In this document: positions 30,845 to 46,906 of the stretch, piece after piece | Layout: every line of letters starts with the position of its first letter | Position numbering within the stretch: the first letter of the stretch is position 1 | Assembly (NCBI RefSeq): GCF_009914755.1 | Contig: NC_060925.1 | DNA length: 64,000 bases | Strand: one strand, 5' to 3' | DNA from: the human T2T-CHM13v2.0 reference genome, Homo sapiens | Notes under the pieces: generated by a model | Told to the model about the DNA's origin: nothing | The model's input: the letters and a program-made list of their open reading frames with translations, nothing else | Databases searched by the model: none | Translations under genes and position numbers: made by a program

Positions 30845-31232
30845 TGTATTATTTTTGTAGGGCTGCCAAAACAAAATACCACAGATTGGGTGGCATAAAC
30901 AACAGACATTTATTTTCTCACAGTCCTGGAGGCTAGAGGTCCAAGATCAAGGTGCCAGCAGGGTTGGTTCCTTCTGAGGTCCCTGTACATTGCTTGTAGA
31001 CTACCATCTTCTCTGTGTGATCACATGGTCTTTCCTCTGTTGTGTCTGCGTCCTCATCTCCTCTTTTTTTAAAGACACCAGTCATATTCGATTAAGGAAC
31101 ACCCTAACAACCCCATTCTAACTTCATTGCCCTTTTAAAGACCCTGTCTCCAAATACGTTCTTGTTCTGAAGTACTGGGGGTTAGGGCTTCAACCTATAA
31201 ATTTTTGGGGGGGACACAATTGAGCCTGTAAC
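30845..31232 (-). mobile_element. MLT1 (MaLR) solo LTR abutting the 5' end of L1 copy A
   Basis: aacaaaataccacaga...ctggaggctag...caaggtgccagcaggg...tctccaaatac. Confidence 0.8.
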
Positions 31233-33224
31233 ATCCCACAACAAAAATATGGTATATTTTTTAAAGTGTAAAATATAAAACAAAAACATACTCATCATGG
31301 GTGAGGATGGTGAAGGCCAAAGAGGTCAGTCCAGTTTTTGGAGACCACCCAGCTAATGAAAGCCTCAGACTTGAAGTTAAGGCAGTTCAACTTCTTCCTA
31401 ATGGTTTTTCTGCCATTCCACAGCTATTTCTATGAATACCTTCTACCTAAGGGAGTTTACAAAATAAGTCATCTTGAATTTATTTTGTTATATGTTTTTC
31501 TCAAGAAGAGGAAGGAAAATGAGGGTAGATGGAATGTAGAAGAGAATATGGTTTACTTCCTATTAAGTGGGAGCAGGTATGGAAACCTGACTTTATCTCT
31601 CTTCCTGTCTCAACTCCAGAACCAATACCAATGGGGACAGGAAATAAAGCAAAGCCTCAGAGTCCTCCTCCCAAACACAGGAGAGCACCAGGGGCTTTTT
31701 TTCTTAGAGACTGTGCCCCTCCTCTGATTACACACCTTCTCTCTACCCTCCATGCATGAAGTTCCCCACTGTTTTCACTCTTCTTTCCTCGTGGCATACA
31801 TTATGATTTCACTTTTGGTGGCCAATAATAGTTCACTCTCTATATATTTGTTGAGCACTTACTATGAACTGGACACTCTTCTAGATGCTGGGAATGCAAC
31901 AGTGAACAAAGACAAAAACCCTTGCCTTCAGCTTTGTGCAGTAGCAGTATTATAGCCAGTGAAGTTTATCTGAGGTGATTATTGCTAACTGAAAAACCCC
32001 TGCCTTTCAGGAACTATTCTAATTAAGGAAGACAGATGAGAAGAAAAGAAGGAAAACATTTTTTGTGTTAGATGATGTTAAGCACTAGGCAGAATAATAA
32101 ATTTGGGAAGAGGTAGAGGAAAAATGTAGGTTACAGTATGGGCTAAGTTGTTGTAACAAAGTGTTCCAAATATATAGTAACTTAAATAGAAGTTTATTTC
32201 TCATATATGTAAATTTCTTACCATTCGAGGTAAGGGGCATGGTAAGATGTCTGGGGCATCTCTGCTCCAGAGTCATTCAGGGACCTAGGTTCCTTCTCTC
32301 ATTGCTCTGTTGATCCCTGAGGTCTTCATTTGCATCACTGAAGCTGGATCATTGGCATTTCTGGGGTCTAGCCCAAAGGAAAGCCGTTAGGGGGCAGTAC
32401 GGGGAGAAAGAAAAGAAAAGTCTAAGGCAACAATTTTCTTTCAGGCAAATGAGGAAGAAGTTACACAAATTAGCTCTCTCACATATCATTACTGAGAACC
32501 TAGTCACATGGCCATACCTAGCTGCAAGGGAAGCTGGGAAATGTAGTCTTTATTGGACAGCCTGGTGACCAGAAAGAAGAGAATGGATTGGAGGGGACAT
32601 GGGAAACTGGCAGTCTATGGCACCTTCCATGTGAAGATAGAGATAGATGGTGACTTATTTTCCTTAATTAATATTCAAAGGAAAATAAATCATTCGCACC
32701 AATCTCTTCCTGACATTGAAAACCAAACTGGAGCCAGTTGTTCTTCTCTTCTGGCTTTCCTCAATCCTGCACACCCAGGAATACACATAATCAACCACAA
32801 ACCCTTTAATGAGCCCAGAACATACCAGAACATGAGGCTAGCATTGTACCAAATGCTGTTTGGGTGCAAATCTAGAATTTTCACAGTATCTGATTCACCC
32901 ATTGCCTCAGCCTTGGAGACAAGCTTCAGGGGCTAGAGTGTGGAACAGGATAAATAAGCTCATTCAGTCACACTCCCATCCATTCTTCCTTCCATTCGAA
33001 GTGCGCTACTGTGTACCAAGTATATTTCCATCATTGTGTCAGGTATGGAGGATACAAAAACAAAAACATAATCCTTTTCTTTAACAAGTTTACAATCTAT
33101 GGGGAGAGTTGAAAGACAAACCTGCAATTACACAATCATGGGGTAATTGCTGTGATTGGAAAGTACATAAGAGAAGGTGGCAGGAAAGGGGTCCTGGAGG
33201 TGACCTCATATGTCATATGAGTAG

Positions 33225-33227
<3 letters not shown>

Positions 33228-33263
<36 letters not shown>
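33228..33263. repeat. (GT)18 microsatellite
   Basis: Direct read. Confidence 0.95.
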
Positions 33264-33264
<1 letters not shown>

Positions 33265-33726
33265 AGAAATAAAGGGGAAAGGACATACAGTGAGTTTTCT
33301 AGGCAGAAGGAACAGCTTGTGCAAAGGTCAGGAGGGAAGGATGGGGACAGAGACCAAGGTTAGAATTTAGAATGCAAGTTGGAAAATGCCAAGAGATAAA
33401 ACTTCTGAGAAGCACTCGGACCATATCAAGAAGGGCTTAGAAAGCCATGCAGAAAAGTGTAGCTTGTGTCTGCAGACCAAGGGAGAAGACCATGGAGGGG
33501 TGGGAAGAAAATGGAGAGGTGAACCAGAAAGGGACTATTGACCATTGGCCCACAGATACATGAAAGATGCTCAACATCATTAATTAATTGGGGAATACCA
33601 ATTAAGAGACACTGTTTTCACACATCAGATGGATTACAAATACTGTAAGTTTGATAATACCAGGTGTTTGGTGATAATGCAGGGAAAAGGGAGTTCCAAT
33701 ATTCTGCTGGTACGAGTGTAAATTTC

Positions 33727-34545
33727 TGTATATTGACCATGTCTTTTGTTTTCTGTATTTTGATGCTTTGACATTTGGGACCTTGGTGACCCTCAAGGGG
33801 CTGCGCTTCCCAGAACTAGACAATTCCTAGAAATAGTAGACCACGGCCGGGCGCAGTGGCTCACGCCTGTAATCCCAGCACTTTGGGAGGCCAAGGCAGG
33901 CGAATTACGAGGTCAGGAGATCGAGACCATCCTGGCTAACACAGTGAAACCCCATCTCTACCAAAAAATAGAAAAAATTAGCCGGGCATGGTGGCGGGCG
34001 CCTGTAGTCCCAGCTACTCAGGAGGCTGAGGCAGGAGAATGGCGTGAACCCGGAAGAGGGAGCATGCAGTGAGCCGAGATGGCGCCACTGTACTCCATCC
34101 TGGGCAACAGAGTGAGACTCCGTCTCAAAACACAAAAAAGAAATGGTAGACTACACTCCCCCCCACCCTCCTCTATGAGCTGTCACACTCAGGGCCACTA
34201 TTCTCCTGCCCTTACCACCCCAGGTCCAGGTACCAGACAACTAGGCACAGCCCCTATGCCCCAGAGTCTGCTGAAACCATTCAAACTGGCCCATCTTAAA
34301 TCTGTTTACACTGCCTCACCTGTTCCTTCCCATGAAAGTACAATAAAGGCTCTTGTCCATGTTCCCCACCGCACTCTCACTCCTTCTGCCTCTAGACCTA
34401 CCTGGTGCTTCCCCACGTGGCCCTGCATGGCATGCCATGCCCCCGCCTGTAGGCATCTCTGACTCTTAAAAACTTTTAGCTTCATGACAGTCATTTCTAC
34501 GTCTGTGTGTCTTAACATACCTAATTAAAACAAATCCCAGGCACT
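33727..34545 (+). mobile_element. ERV-class solo LTR (MER39-like) interrupted by an AluY
   Basis: Starts TG, AATAAA at ~34342; family name from recall only. Confidence 0.5.
33845..34138 (+). mobile_element. AluY
   Basis: gagatcgagaccatcctggctaac and gaatggcgtgaaccc diagnostics; TSD agaaat[a/g]gtagac[c/t]ac at 33829-33844 and 34139-34154. Confidence 0.9.
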
Positions 34546-34577
34546 TTTAGAACAGGCCACCACTGGCAAGGAGGGGA

Positions 34578-34958
<381 letters not shown>

Positions 34959-36518
34959 CTATTAAACAGAGATGATGCCAGTACTTACTTCACACGACCA
35001 TTGAGGGGAATGGCATTATTCCTTAGGAGCACCTGAAGAGCACCTAGCACATAGTAAGTGCTCAGCAAAGTAGGTCCAAAGATATTCACTGCAGATATTT
35101 TTCTAACAATGGAAAATTGGAAACAAGCTGAATGATGGAATGACTAAATAAATTGTGGTCTAGTCATACTAAGGAACACTGTGTAGCCATTAGGAATAAA
35201 TTAGATTTCCGCCTAAGAACAGGAGAGCTCTGTGAAACATTGTTGCTGAGCAAAAGAAGCAAATTGTAGAACACAATGTACAGCAAGATACAATTTATGG
35301 AAAGGCAATACCATAGATTTTCTATGGATTTATATTACACAAAAGAAAAAAGTCTGAAATGATTCACAGCAGTGGGGTTACATCCAGGTTAGCATGAGCA
35401 GATTGAATTGTTTGGGAGGGGTGGTCAAAAATACTTTAGTTTTATTGCTATGACTTTTATTTTATTATTTGGCGGGTGGTGAGGAGATTATGTAATACTA
35501 GGGTAATTAGGAACTAATTTGAAATGCACGAGATGCGAGAAAAAAGATAAAGAGGGTAGAAAGTGGGAATGAACTTGGTGCTTAATGAGATGGAGTTAAC
35601 TTTGAGAATACCATGAAAAATAGAAATAATAAGATCTGTCTCATAAGGAGTCCTTGGACTGAAGGCTTTCCCTTGGACGAGGAAGGGAGGGATGTGCAAT
35701 AACGTTAACTGCTAAACTCGTTTGCCATTTTGTTAAAGATCAACCTTGAGCTCCCCTCCAGAGCTTCCCCTTCTCATAGGAGGTGGAATAGGAGCCCCCC
35801 CGTCCCTCCATGGAAGTTTCCTCAGCCCACACTATATCCTTCGCTGCGAGTTGGTTGATTTCCTGTGATAATTAGGGCGGGTTAAACTGCCATAACAGAT
35901 AAGGCAAAACATGTAATGACTCCAATATAATAGAAGTTTCTTTCTCATAGGACAGTCCAGGGTGATAAGGGAGGGGCACGAATGGGGAAGTTGAGGATGA
36001 GTGGAGTTGGGGCACAGCAGTCATTCAGGAACCCAGGCAGAAAGCAACTTTGTTCCAGTCAACACATGGTTTCCAAGAGTTTCTGGTGTTTGCAATTTCA
36101 GCTGTTTTGTAAGATTTAAAGATGGCTGGACACACCACAAAGGCATTTGGATAGATGAAAGGTAGAATTCTTTGTTACTTATAGCTCCAAACAAGAAAAG
36201 ACTGCCACACAGGGCCACACAGAGATTGTGCCAGGGCTGTTTGGGTCAGCTTATGTACAGCAAGTGGAATGGGGTTAGCTAGGTTTTATGAACTCCCTGT
36301 GGACTGTCTGATTTGAGCAATTTGAGTAATTTCAGGGGGCTGTGGAGCATAGTGGTTACCCCTAGTTTTCTGGTACCTGGGGCAACCAGGGCAGTGGCCC
36401 CATATGAGTGCCCAAAAAGGGAATTGGTTGAGTGATTGGGGTTGTGGACTCAATCAGCAAATCAAGAAGCAGAACTGACCAGCCTTAAGCCAGGGCCTCA
36501 AAACTTGGGTCAAGACAA

Positions 36519-36953
36519 TATTATATTTATATAATATGTATATATGTGTGTATATATAATATATGTTATCTATATTACAGTATATATCTTTTTATATTAC
36601 ATATATTACAGTATATATAATTATCCATTATAGAATATGTAACATATATTACATAATATATAATTATATATTATATAACTACCTATTATATAATATGTAA
36701 TATAATTAATTATATAAATATATAATAAAATCATATTATATAATCAATTAATTATAATTAATATAAAATGTATAATATATAGCATATTATATATAATTTT
36801 GTCTATTATATAATTTTACTTAAAATTAAAATTATATATTTTATATCATTATATATTATATAATGTGATATATAATAATGTATTATATATAAATATCTAT
36901 TATACATAAATATTTATATAATTAGATATAAATGTATTATTATATGCATATAA
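36519..36953. repeat. AT-rich degenerate (TA)n low-complexity tract, ~430 bp
   Basis: Almost exclusively A/T with TATA/TAAT units. Confidence 0.9.
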
Positions 36954-37223
36954 TTGTTTTCTTTACATCAGCCCATGGGGAGAAAGGCTAAGGCATATAT
37001 AGGCCAAGCCCCAAAGTGGCCCACATCTATCCTGCCCTCATTCCATTGACCATAATGAGGTCACATGGCCAACTAGTCACATGGTCTCACATAAGTGCAA
37101 AATGACCTGAGAAATGTAGTCCCAGGAACAACTGTTCCTAAAGTTGAAGGGAAGCTCAGGTTTCAATGGGCAACTAGCTGACTCTACCAAAGGGCTGTAA
37201 ATTAATCTACACTCATAATTTAT

Positions 37224-37405
37224 TTGCTTTTTTTTTCTTGCTTTGTTCATATTTGTTTCACCTGCTTACCTGGTACGCTCCTTTAGGGCAAGGACTATGA
37301 TGTTCTCTTGCTTTTTGCTTTTTCTTCTTGCTTTGTTCATATTTGTTTCACCTGCTTACCTGGTAAGCTCCTTTAGAGCAAGGACTATGATGTTCTCTTG
37401 CTTTT
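37224..37405. repeat. ~90-bp tandem duplication
   Basis: ctttgttcat at 37241 and 37331; two core substitutions. Confidence 0.95.
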
Positions 37406-38653
37406 GATGCTTTCCCCAGCAATTAATTCTGTATCTGGTGGGGTTCTTAATGGATAATCTTCTCATTAAACAAGCCCCAAGTAATTTCAATAGGCAAAGG
37501 TAGTTGCCACTTCAGAGTCGGTGTAAATATCTGATACTTAGAATATGATTTCAGCTAGTTAAATTTATATCACTGGGGTAAAAAACAGCAACAGAAATAT
37601 TATCTGGGCCTTTCACTTTTTTATTTAATTCTGAATTGGATAAAACATTTCCAATAACTTTAAGCTTTGGCATCTGTATAGCAATATTTGGTTCTTGGAT
37701 TAAATCAAACAAATATTGCTAATGGGATGGTTCAACGTCATCATCACCTATAGTCATGTTTTCCGTTTCAGTTGACTACCAGGTAAAGGTAAATCAGTGC
37801 TCTCAAAAATACTTTCAGTAGTGAATTAAATTTTAAAATGTTATTTTCCTGACCTTTTCCTTTCATCTCATTTTCTGTCACACTGCCTTCATTTTCTATC
37901 ATACTGCCTTTTTTTTTTTTTTTTTTGGTTTCTTAAAGACTCTTACCTTTAAAATCACTGTCAGCTTGGCATGGACATTTTCTTCAGGAAGGTTAATACT
38001 TAATGACACCAAGAAAACGGGTGAGAAGGAAACAAACCTCAGCTATGAAATCACTTACTCAACTTTCATTCAGAATTTATTGAGTGCCTAAAATATGCTG
38101 AACATAATGCAAATCCGTAAAAATACAAATAGACATCATCTCAGCCTTAGAGCTCATAGTCATAAACCCAGGCCTATGTTTCTTTTATATACATTTTTAA
38201 AATTCAAGCACCTATTCATTCAACAAATATGTATTGAGTTCTACTATGTGCCAGGCACTGCTTTGCATGCTAGAAATATACAACTAAACAAAGCAAAGAT
38301 TCCTGTCCTCCTGGAGCTTATATACAAGTGGAGAGAGATAGGCAATAATTTATCTCCACTCCCTACATCTCCAATCCAGAAGTGATTTTTTTTAACCTGT
38401 GAAGTTCTCTGATATGTTAGCATCTTTCCTTTGGCAACTGCTACTATCTAGCTGGTGTATCCAAGTTGAAAAAGAACAAGGACTGGATCTTAATCTTTAT
38501 ATCTACCACTATGGCTAGGACAGGGTTGATAAATGCTTACTGGCTCAATGAATGAATGAATTTGTCTTTTCCCAAAAGCATAACCAGTGTAGCCAAAGCA
38601 AATGAAGACTCACAGGATGCTGAATGGGCTTTTTTAATTTCCATTATCTGAAG

Positions 38654-39343
<690 letters not shown>

Positions 39344-39747
39344 GAGGGCAACAAAGTAACCAGAAGCCAGATGGGATTTGCTTCCACACCCCTACCCTGC
39401 CTTCTCCCTGGCTGGTTTGGGGGCTGGGATGGAAGGGCACAGGAGCAGACTACATCTACCATTGTAGATTGCATCACAAGTAAATTTTGCAATGGGCTTT
39501 ATATCATGATTTTTTATTCTCAAGGGAGAATTTTAATTCTATAGTTATCATAACAGTATGAGAAATATCTGGAAAACTTCAGGGCATGTCTGGGACATTG
39601 TGGACAACCCTTTGTGCCTAGGGAGCATGTGTGTTTAGGGATGGATTGCAAGGTGGCTGATAGAAATACGGATGGAACATCTTACTGGGGTTACTCCAAA
39701 AAATTTGAACTTTATCAAAAGACAGTGGGAAGCCATCAAATGATTTT

Positions 39748-40329
39748 TTTTTTAAGTTCCAGGGTACATAGGCAGGTTTGCTGCACCTATCAACCCATCA
39801 CCTAGGTATTAAGCCCAGCATGCATTAGCTATTTTTCCTAATGCTCTCCCTTCCCCACCACCCCACCCCCGACAGGCCCCAGTGTGTGTTGTTCCCTTCC
39901 CTGGGTCCATGTGTTCTCATTGTTCAGCTCCCATGTATAAATGAGAACATGTGGTGTTTGGTTTTCTGTTCCTGTGTTAGTTTGCTGAGGATAATGGCTT
40001 CCAGCTCCATCCATGCCCCTGCAAAGGACATGATCTTATTCCTCTTTATAGCCACGTAGTATTCCATGATGTATATGTACCACATAGATGCAGTGATGCT
40101 GCAGATACATAGGAATGCTATCAGTTCAACCATTGTGGAAGATGGTGTGGCGATTCCTCAAAGATCTAGAACCAGAAATACCATTTGACCTAGCAATCTC
40201 ATTACTGGGTGTAAACCCAAAGGAATATAAATCATTCTGTTACAAAGATACATGCATGCATATGTTCATTGCAGCACTATTCACAATAGCAACACGGAAT
40301 TAACCCAAATGCCCATTAATGATAGACTG
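39748..40329. mobile_element. Short 5'-inverted L1PA insertion (minus 39748-40085, plus 40123-40329)
   Basis: 3' end on the minus strand, adjacent upstream L1 segment on the plus strand; TSD catcaaa[t/g]gatttt at 39734-39747 and 40330-40343. Confidence 0.85.
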
Positions 40330-41572
40330 CATCAAAGGATTTTGAGTGAGGAAGTGTCATGATCAGTTGAACCAGATACTAGTCTTTTAGGAAGCATGAA
40401 GTTTGGATGGGGAAAGAATAGGACAAGAAGACAATCAGGAAGCTTCCCAACCATCCAGGGAAGGGATAATGAAGTGTGAACAAGAGCAATAGCCGCAGCC
40501 AAGGGAGGCTCTGAAGAGGGGCAATGTTAAGATCTCAGGGACCCCTATGTGCTGAGGGTGAGGGAAAAAGAGAATGCAAAGATGACGTCAAGACTTAGAG
40601 TCTAAGAGACTGAGCTATAAACCTACTAACAAAAGCAGGGAATACAAATAAAAAGGAGATTTTGTGAGGATGGTTATGAATTCAATGTTGGAAATGTTGG
40701 GTTTGAGTTGCCAGAAAAAAATCCATATGGAGATACCCAGTAAGCGGTTGGAAACTCAGTCTCACGAGCTTTGTAGAGGGCTCCAAGGAAGAGAAGCAGG
40801 TCCCTGAGCTGCTCCAAGACTGTCGGCTAAAGCCACAGAATAGATGCACTTGCTTAAGGAGTGCACGATGAAAAGGGAGGAGGCCCTGGAGAGAACTTTT
40901 GGGACCTGTGCTATAGGAAAAGGAAGAAATGGAGGGAGTGAGGGAGGGAGGACAGTCAGTGAAAACAAAAAAAGAGCAGTGGGTCTTAAACTGTAGAGGG
41001 TAGAAAAAGTACCCAGAGATGTTAATGCAAACTGTGAGGCCATCCTGAGGCTGTCCCTGGGGAACCAGATTCAGTAGGCCCAGGACGGGGTCTAGGGACA
41101 TGCAGCTTAAAGCACACACCCGCTTCCTTTTCTATTGATGTAATTACCCCAAAATTCAGCATCTTAAAAAACAAGGAAACATTTTTGATCTCATGGTTTC
41201 TATAAATCAGGAATCTGGCTCCAGGCATCTGGCGAGGTTGCAGTCAAGTTGTCGGCTGGGCTGCAGTGATCTGAAGATTTAACTCGGCTAAAGGATCCGA
41301 ATGAAGATGAGTGTCCTCATAACACGGCATCTGGCTCCCCAGGAGCAAGTGATCCATGAGAGAAAGGCAGAGACCACAAGATCTTTTATGACAAATCCTC
41401 ATAAGTCACACTTGTCGTGTCTGCAAAATCCTATCGTTTACATAGATGAGCTGAATTCAGTGTGGGAGGAGAGGTCGCAAGGGTGACAGGAGACACAATC
41501 AGGAGGCCCACCTTGGAGAATAAACATGTTCTTACACCTCTAGACTGATTTTGACACCAATGGCTCTTGGAG

Positions 41573-41867
41573 GGCCGGGTGCTGTGGCTCACGTCTGTAA
41601 TCCCAGCAGGCATGGGATTGTGAGACCAAGGTAGCAGGATGGCTTTAGCCCAGGAGTTTGAGACCAGCCTGGGAAACAGTGAGACCATGTCTCTACAAAA
41701 ATTTTAAAAGTTAGCTGGGCATGTTGGCATGTGCCTATAGTCCCAGCTACTCAGGGGGCTGAGGCAGGAGGATTGCTTGAGCCTGGGAGGTCAAGGCTAC
41801 AGTAAGTCATAATCCAACCACTGCACTCCAGTCTGGGCAACAAAGTGAGACTGTTTTTTAAAAAAAG
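41573..41867 (+). mobile_element. AluJ-type
   Basis: gcccaggagtttgag and ggtcaaggctacagt diagnostics. Confidence 0.85.
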
Positions 41868-42597
41868 AACCCAAGTGACCCTTGGAGAAACACTGGGTGG
41901 AGAGAAGAAAAAGTAAGCAAAGTAAGTCAAGGAAGGAAAGAAATTCAGTCGAATGGAAGGTGGACCTCAGTGCCAAATAGGTCCAAGAAATCAAGATGAG
42001 ACTGAGAAGAGACCACTGGATTTGGCCTCTAGGACATAGTCTTGACCTTCTAAACTCTAAAACAACACTTCTAGAGAAACACAACTTTTTTAGAAAATGC
42101 AACCTATGGTAAGAAATATATTTTACTTCAACACCTGGTACATAGTTCACCCATAGAAACAAACATTTCACGACTTCATATCTACCTCTACTACATGAAA
42201 ACCACTCATATTTCTTATTCTATTGTAAAGTATTTCTTTTTAAAAAATACTAGCCAAAGTCCACGAAATTAATGTTGTTGATTATTAATGCATCTTGAGC
42301 TGAAGTTTGAAAAAACAATGTGAACATGTCTGAATAACAAAGATGATGATGATGACGATAACTACAAGAAGCAAATTTTGAGTGTTTATGCTAGGAGTAT
42401 ACACTATCTGCTAAATGTAATGCTACGAATTATCTCATCCATGACAAACCTATACTTCAGTACTACTATCACAACTTTAGATGAAGAAGTTGAATACTTA
42501 AAGAACTTAAGTAAGTTGCCCAAGGTCATATGGTTCAGAGATCAAAACTATAGTTTATTTTAATCTAAGCAATATGACTTCAGAGCTCACATTTTAT

Positions 42598-42802
42598 AAC
42601 TCTGCTGTCCAATATGGAGGGCACCAGCCACACGTGCCTCTTTTAATTTTAATAAGTTAGAATTAAATAAAATTAAAAGTCTATTTCCTCAGTCATGCCA
42701 GCCATATTTCATGTGCTCAGTAACTACCTGTGGGCTCCATATTGGATAGCACAGATACAGCGCATTTCCCTTATCTCAGAAAGTTCTGTTGGACAGTGCT
42801 GC
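42598..42802. mobile_element. MER3/MER33-like hAT-Charlie relic
   Basis: ctgtccaata ... tgttggacag inverted ends. Confidence 0.65.
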
Positions 42803-43244
42803 CCTAGAGCTAAACTATAAGGGTCATGGGAGATGGAAGTCACCTGAACATAGTTGTAAGGAGAGAGAGAAAAGAAGAAAGAGGAGTCAAAATAGGGGAT
42901 GCAGGAGACAGCAAGGGCCTGGGGAAGATGGAGGTACAGAATTAGAGTAGGGGGAATGGGCTTTGGCAAGAGACAGGGTCAATTTCCACCCTGTGTCAGA
43001 AAGGAGGAGAAAATGGATGAAGACCCAGAGGAAGGGGAAGTTGAGGAAGTTTGCTTTGATGACCTTGATCTTGTTTAAAATGTAGGGGCTGAGAACAGGA
43101 GCAAAGAGTGAGTGGGCAAAAGTGTGGACAGGGGCTTGAGTCAGATAGAAAAGATTAGAAATCATCCCTGCACTAGATGCACATATGCAAATAGAGGCAC
43201 TGACACCTACCACTGACTGGCTTAGCAGTGCGTAGACACTGTGA

Positions 43245-43870
<626 letters not shown>

Positions 43871-45790
43871 TGAATTTTTAGTGCAGTCAATCATTTATTT
43901 CATTCATTCAACAAATATTTATCAAGTTCCTGAGTGGGGGTGAAAAAAGCAGGTGAGATCCTTTCTCTCGTGGAACTTACTGGAGGATGACTTGGTTAAT
44001 CAAATCTTCACAGAACTCTCAAGTGTAGGCCTGCAATGAACACACCCACCAAGGCGAGAAGCTGCTACTCTAAAGGAGCTGTGAGAGTGTATAGTAGAGA
44101 ATTTAATCTGATCAGGGATGGCTTTGTCTGAACCAAGACTTCAAGAAGGAACCCCATTCCATGCAAAGGGGAGAACAGTTAATGACTCTCACCAGAGGTA
44201 TGGCCGTGCAGAGACCCAGGTAGGTGGAGGAAGGTGCTTTCAAACGGTTCTTGTGGACAGAAGCAGTTGCTGAATGCACAGACAGGGCCACCCACAGTTT
44301 CTGAATTCTACTCCAGCTCCATGTGTGGGTGGCTTTGAGTGAAAAGAACACTATGAGTTGCCCACTGAAAATTCTTTCATAGTATAATAAATCTGCTGGA
44401 TGCAGAGGCTAGAATTTAAGTGGGCTGAGGGTGCCCTACCCTACCTAACATCAGCAAAGGATTCACAATGCACAGCATATTACAATATATGCACAGTTAG
44501 CCATCACAGGAAACCATCCATCACCAGAATTCTATTGCAGTGCTATCTTCCCTCACTTCTATCTTTCTGAAAAACAAATTTCCTTTAAGGTTGAAAACTT
44601 CATGCTCAATTTTAGCAAAAACCGAAAACATTTTAAAAATGGAACTTTAAAAGCCTCACACATTTTTTTAAAGTTTCAACAAAGCACGTTCTTTAAAATT
44701 AAAAATAAAATTATTCAATGTAATGCCTATGTGATGCTGAGGATGAAGGAACTCCAAAGTGGATACGTTATTAAGCGAGACTATTTCCTCAAGTTTCCAC
44801 TGGGTCAATGTCTTCCTGTGTTTTAACATTACAAACTATTTGTAATAACATTTCAAAAATCAGCAACTTTATCACACCGTTTTGTGTTTCTGTGTCAGTT
44901 TTGAGTGATCCAGTAACTGCAGCTCAGTCCTGTTATCTCCCTGTGGAATTGAACTCACTGTCAACTCTAAGCATACTTATTTCGAGTTCTTCCTTTCTTC
45001 ATAAGAATTGGTTAATTATCATCTCCTGCTTTTAATTGCATGAAGTTTACAAATGTGAAAAACATTAAAATCCTAAGGTGCAGCAAAACTAGAAGTGTTT
45101 AAAATACTCTTATGCTGTCCAGGCTACACGTGATTTTCTCTGGCTATAATTATGCAGTCCTAGCAAGAAGGCCATCCGGTGTGAGGTTGGGGTGAGGGAC
45201 CAGGATCTGATCCTGACTCCCCTGCCGACTAATTTCGTGATCTTGAGCAATTCCCTCTTAGAAAGAACAGTTGGCCCAGAAAGAACAGTTCCTATTTCAC
45301 ATAGTTGTGGTAGGGTTTGCACATAAAGCACTTAGAGCCATGATCTAACACCCGCTCAATATGTATCTGCCACCATTTTTATACATATAACCTCTCATAC
45401 TCATGGAATATTTGCATTGTGGGTAAGTGATTGTTTCCATGGTAACAACTTTCCTATTTCTAGGCCCTTATCCCACTATTTTCTTTTTTTAAAAAAGAAG
45501 TTTATAGGCTGCAGTTTTCATTCTTAGCACTACATTAACATGAGTTTTTCACTTATTGCCCTGGGTGTTTGCATACTTTTTTTTTTTTTTCACTGTTTTG
45601 CAGGTCTGATATTTTTAACCAGTCCATATCTCATAGGCTCATGTAGAGAGTGGTCCTGTACTGTATTCTCAGATACTGTTACTTAGGGGAATGTTTTCCT
45701 GTGTAGTGAGGAAAAAGTGGAGGTGGGGCATAAAAGAACAGAAATCCTGTGAAATTGTACTGCAAAACTGATTTTTGAAAATTAATAATT

Positions 45791-46408
<618 letters not shown>

Positions 46409-46580
46409 TTAATAATTTACCCTATCATCCAGCCATTAAGGAAAAAAAGAACTTTCCACATAAATATTATCCTCTTAGTAAAGGTGGTTTCAAAGCAATA
46501 CATTTATATAGAATAAAAATTACCTAAATATTAAAAGCTTGTGCTTACTACATGAATATTGGGGAACCTCAATTAATCTA

Positions 46581-46906
46581 CAGCAGCTCTGTCCAAAGGA
46601 CATGTACTGTGATATCTATTGTATATGCACATGTGCAATTTTTATTAGGAGCCACTTTAATATAAGTAACAAGAAACATGAAATTAATCTCAGTAATACA
46701 TTTAATCTAGCCTAATGGGTTCAAAATACTATCATCTCAGCATGTAACCAATATAAAAAAAAGTATTGAGATATTTTACATTTTTTCATACTGCTTTTGA
46801 GATCCAGTGTGTATTTTATACTTACAGCACACATCAATTCAAATTATTCATGCTCAAGGGCACCTACCATGTATGAGTACGGGCTGCCATATTAGACAGA
46901 GTAGCT
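46581..46906. mobile_element. MER33-like hAT-Charlie relic
   Basis: ctgtccaaa ... atattagacag ends. Confidence 0.6.

Noticed and set aside
37224-37405. CRISPR-like direct repeats
   Set aside because: Two adjacent copies without spacers in primate DNA, and no cas genes.
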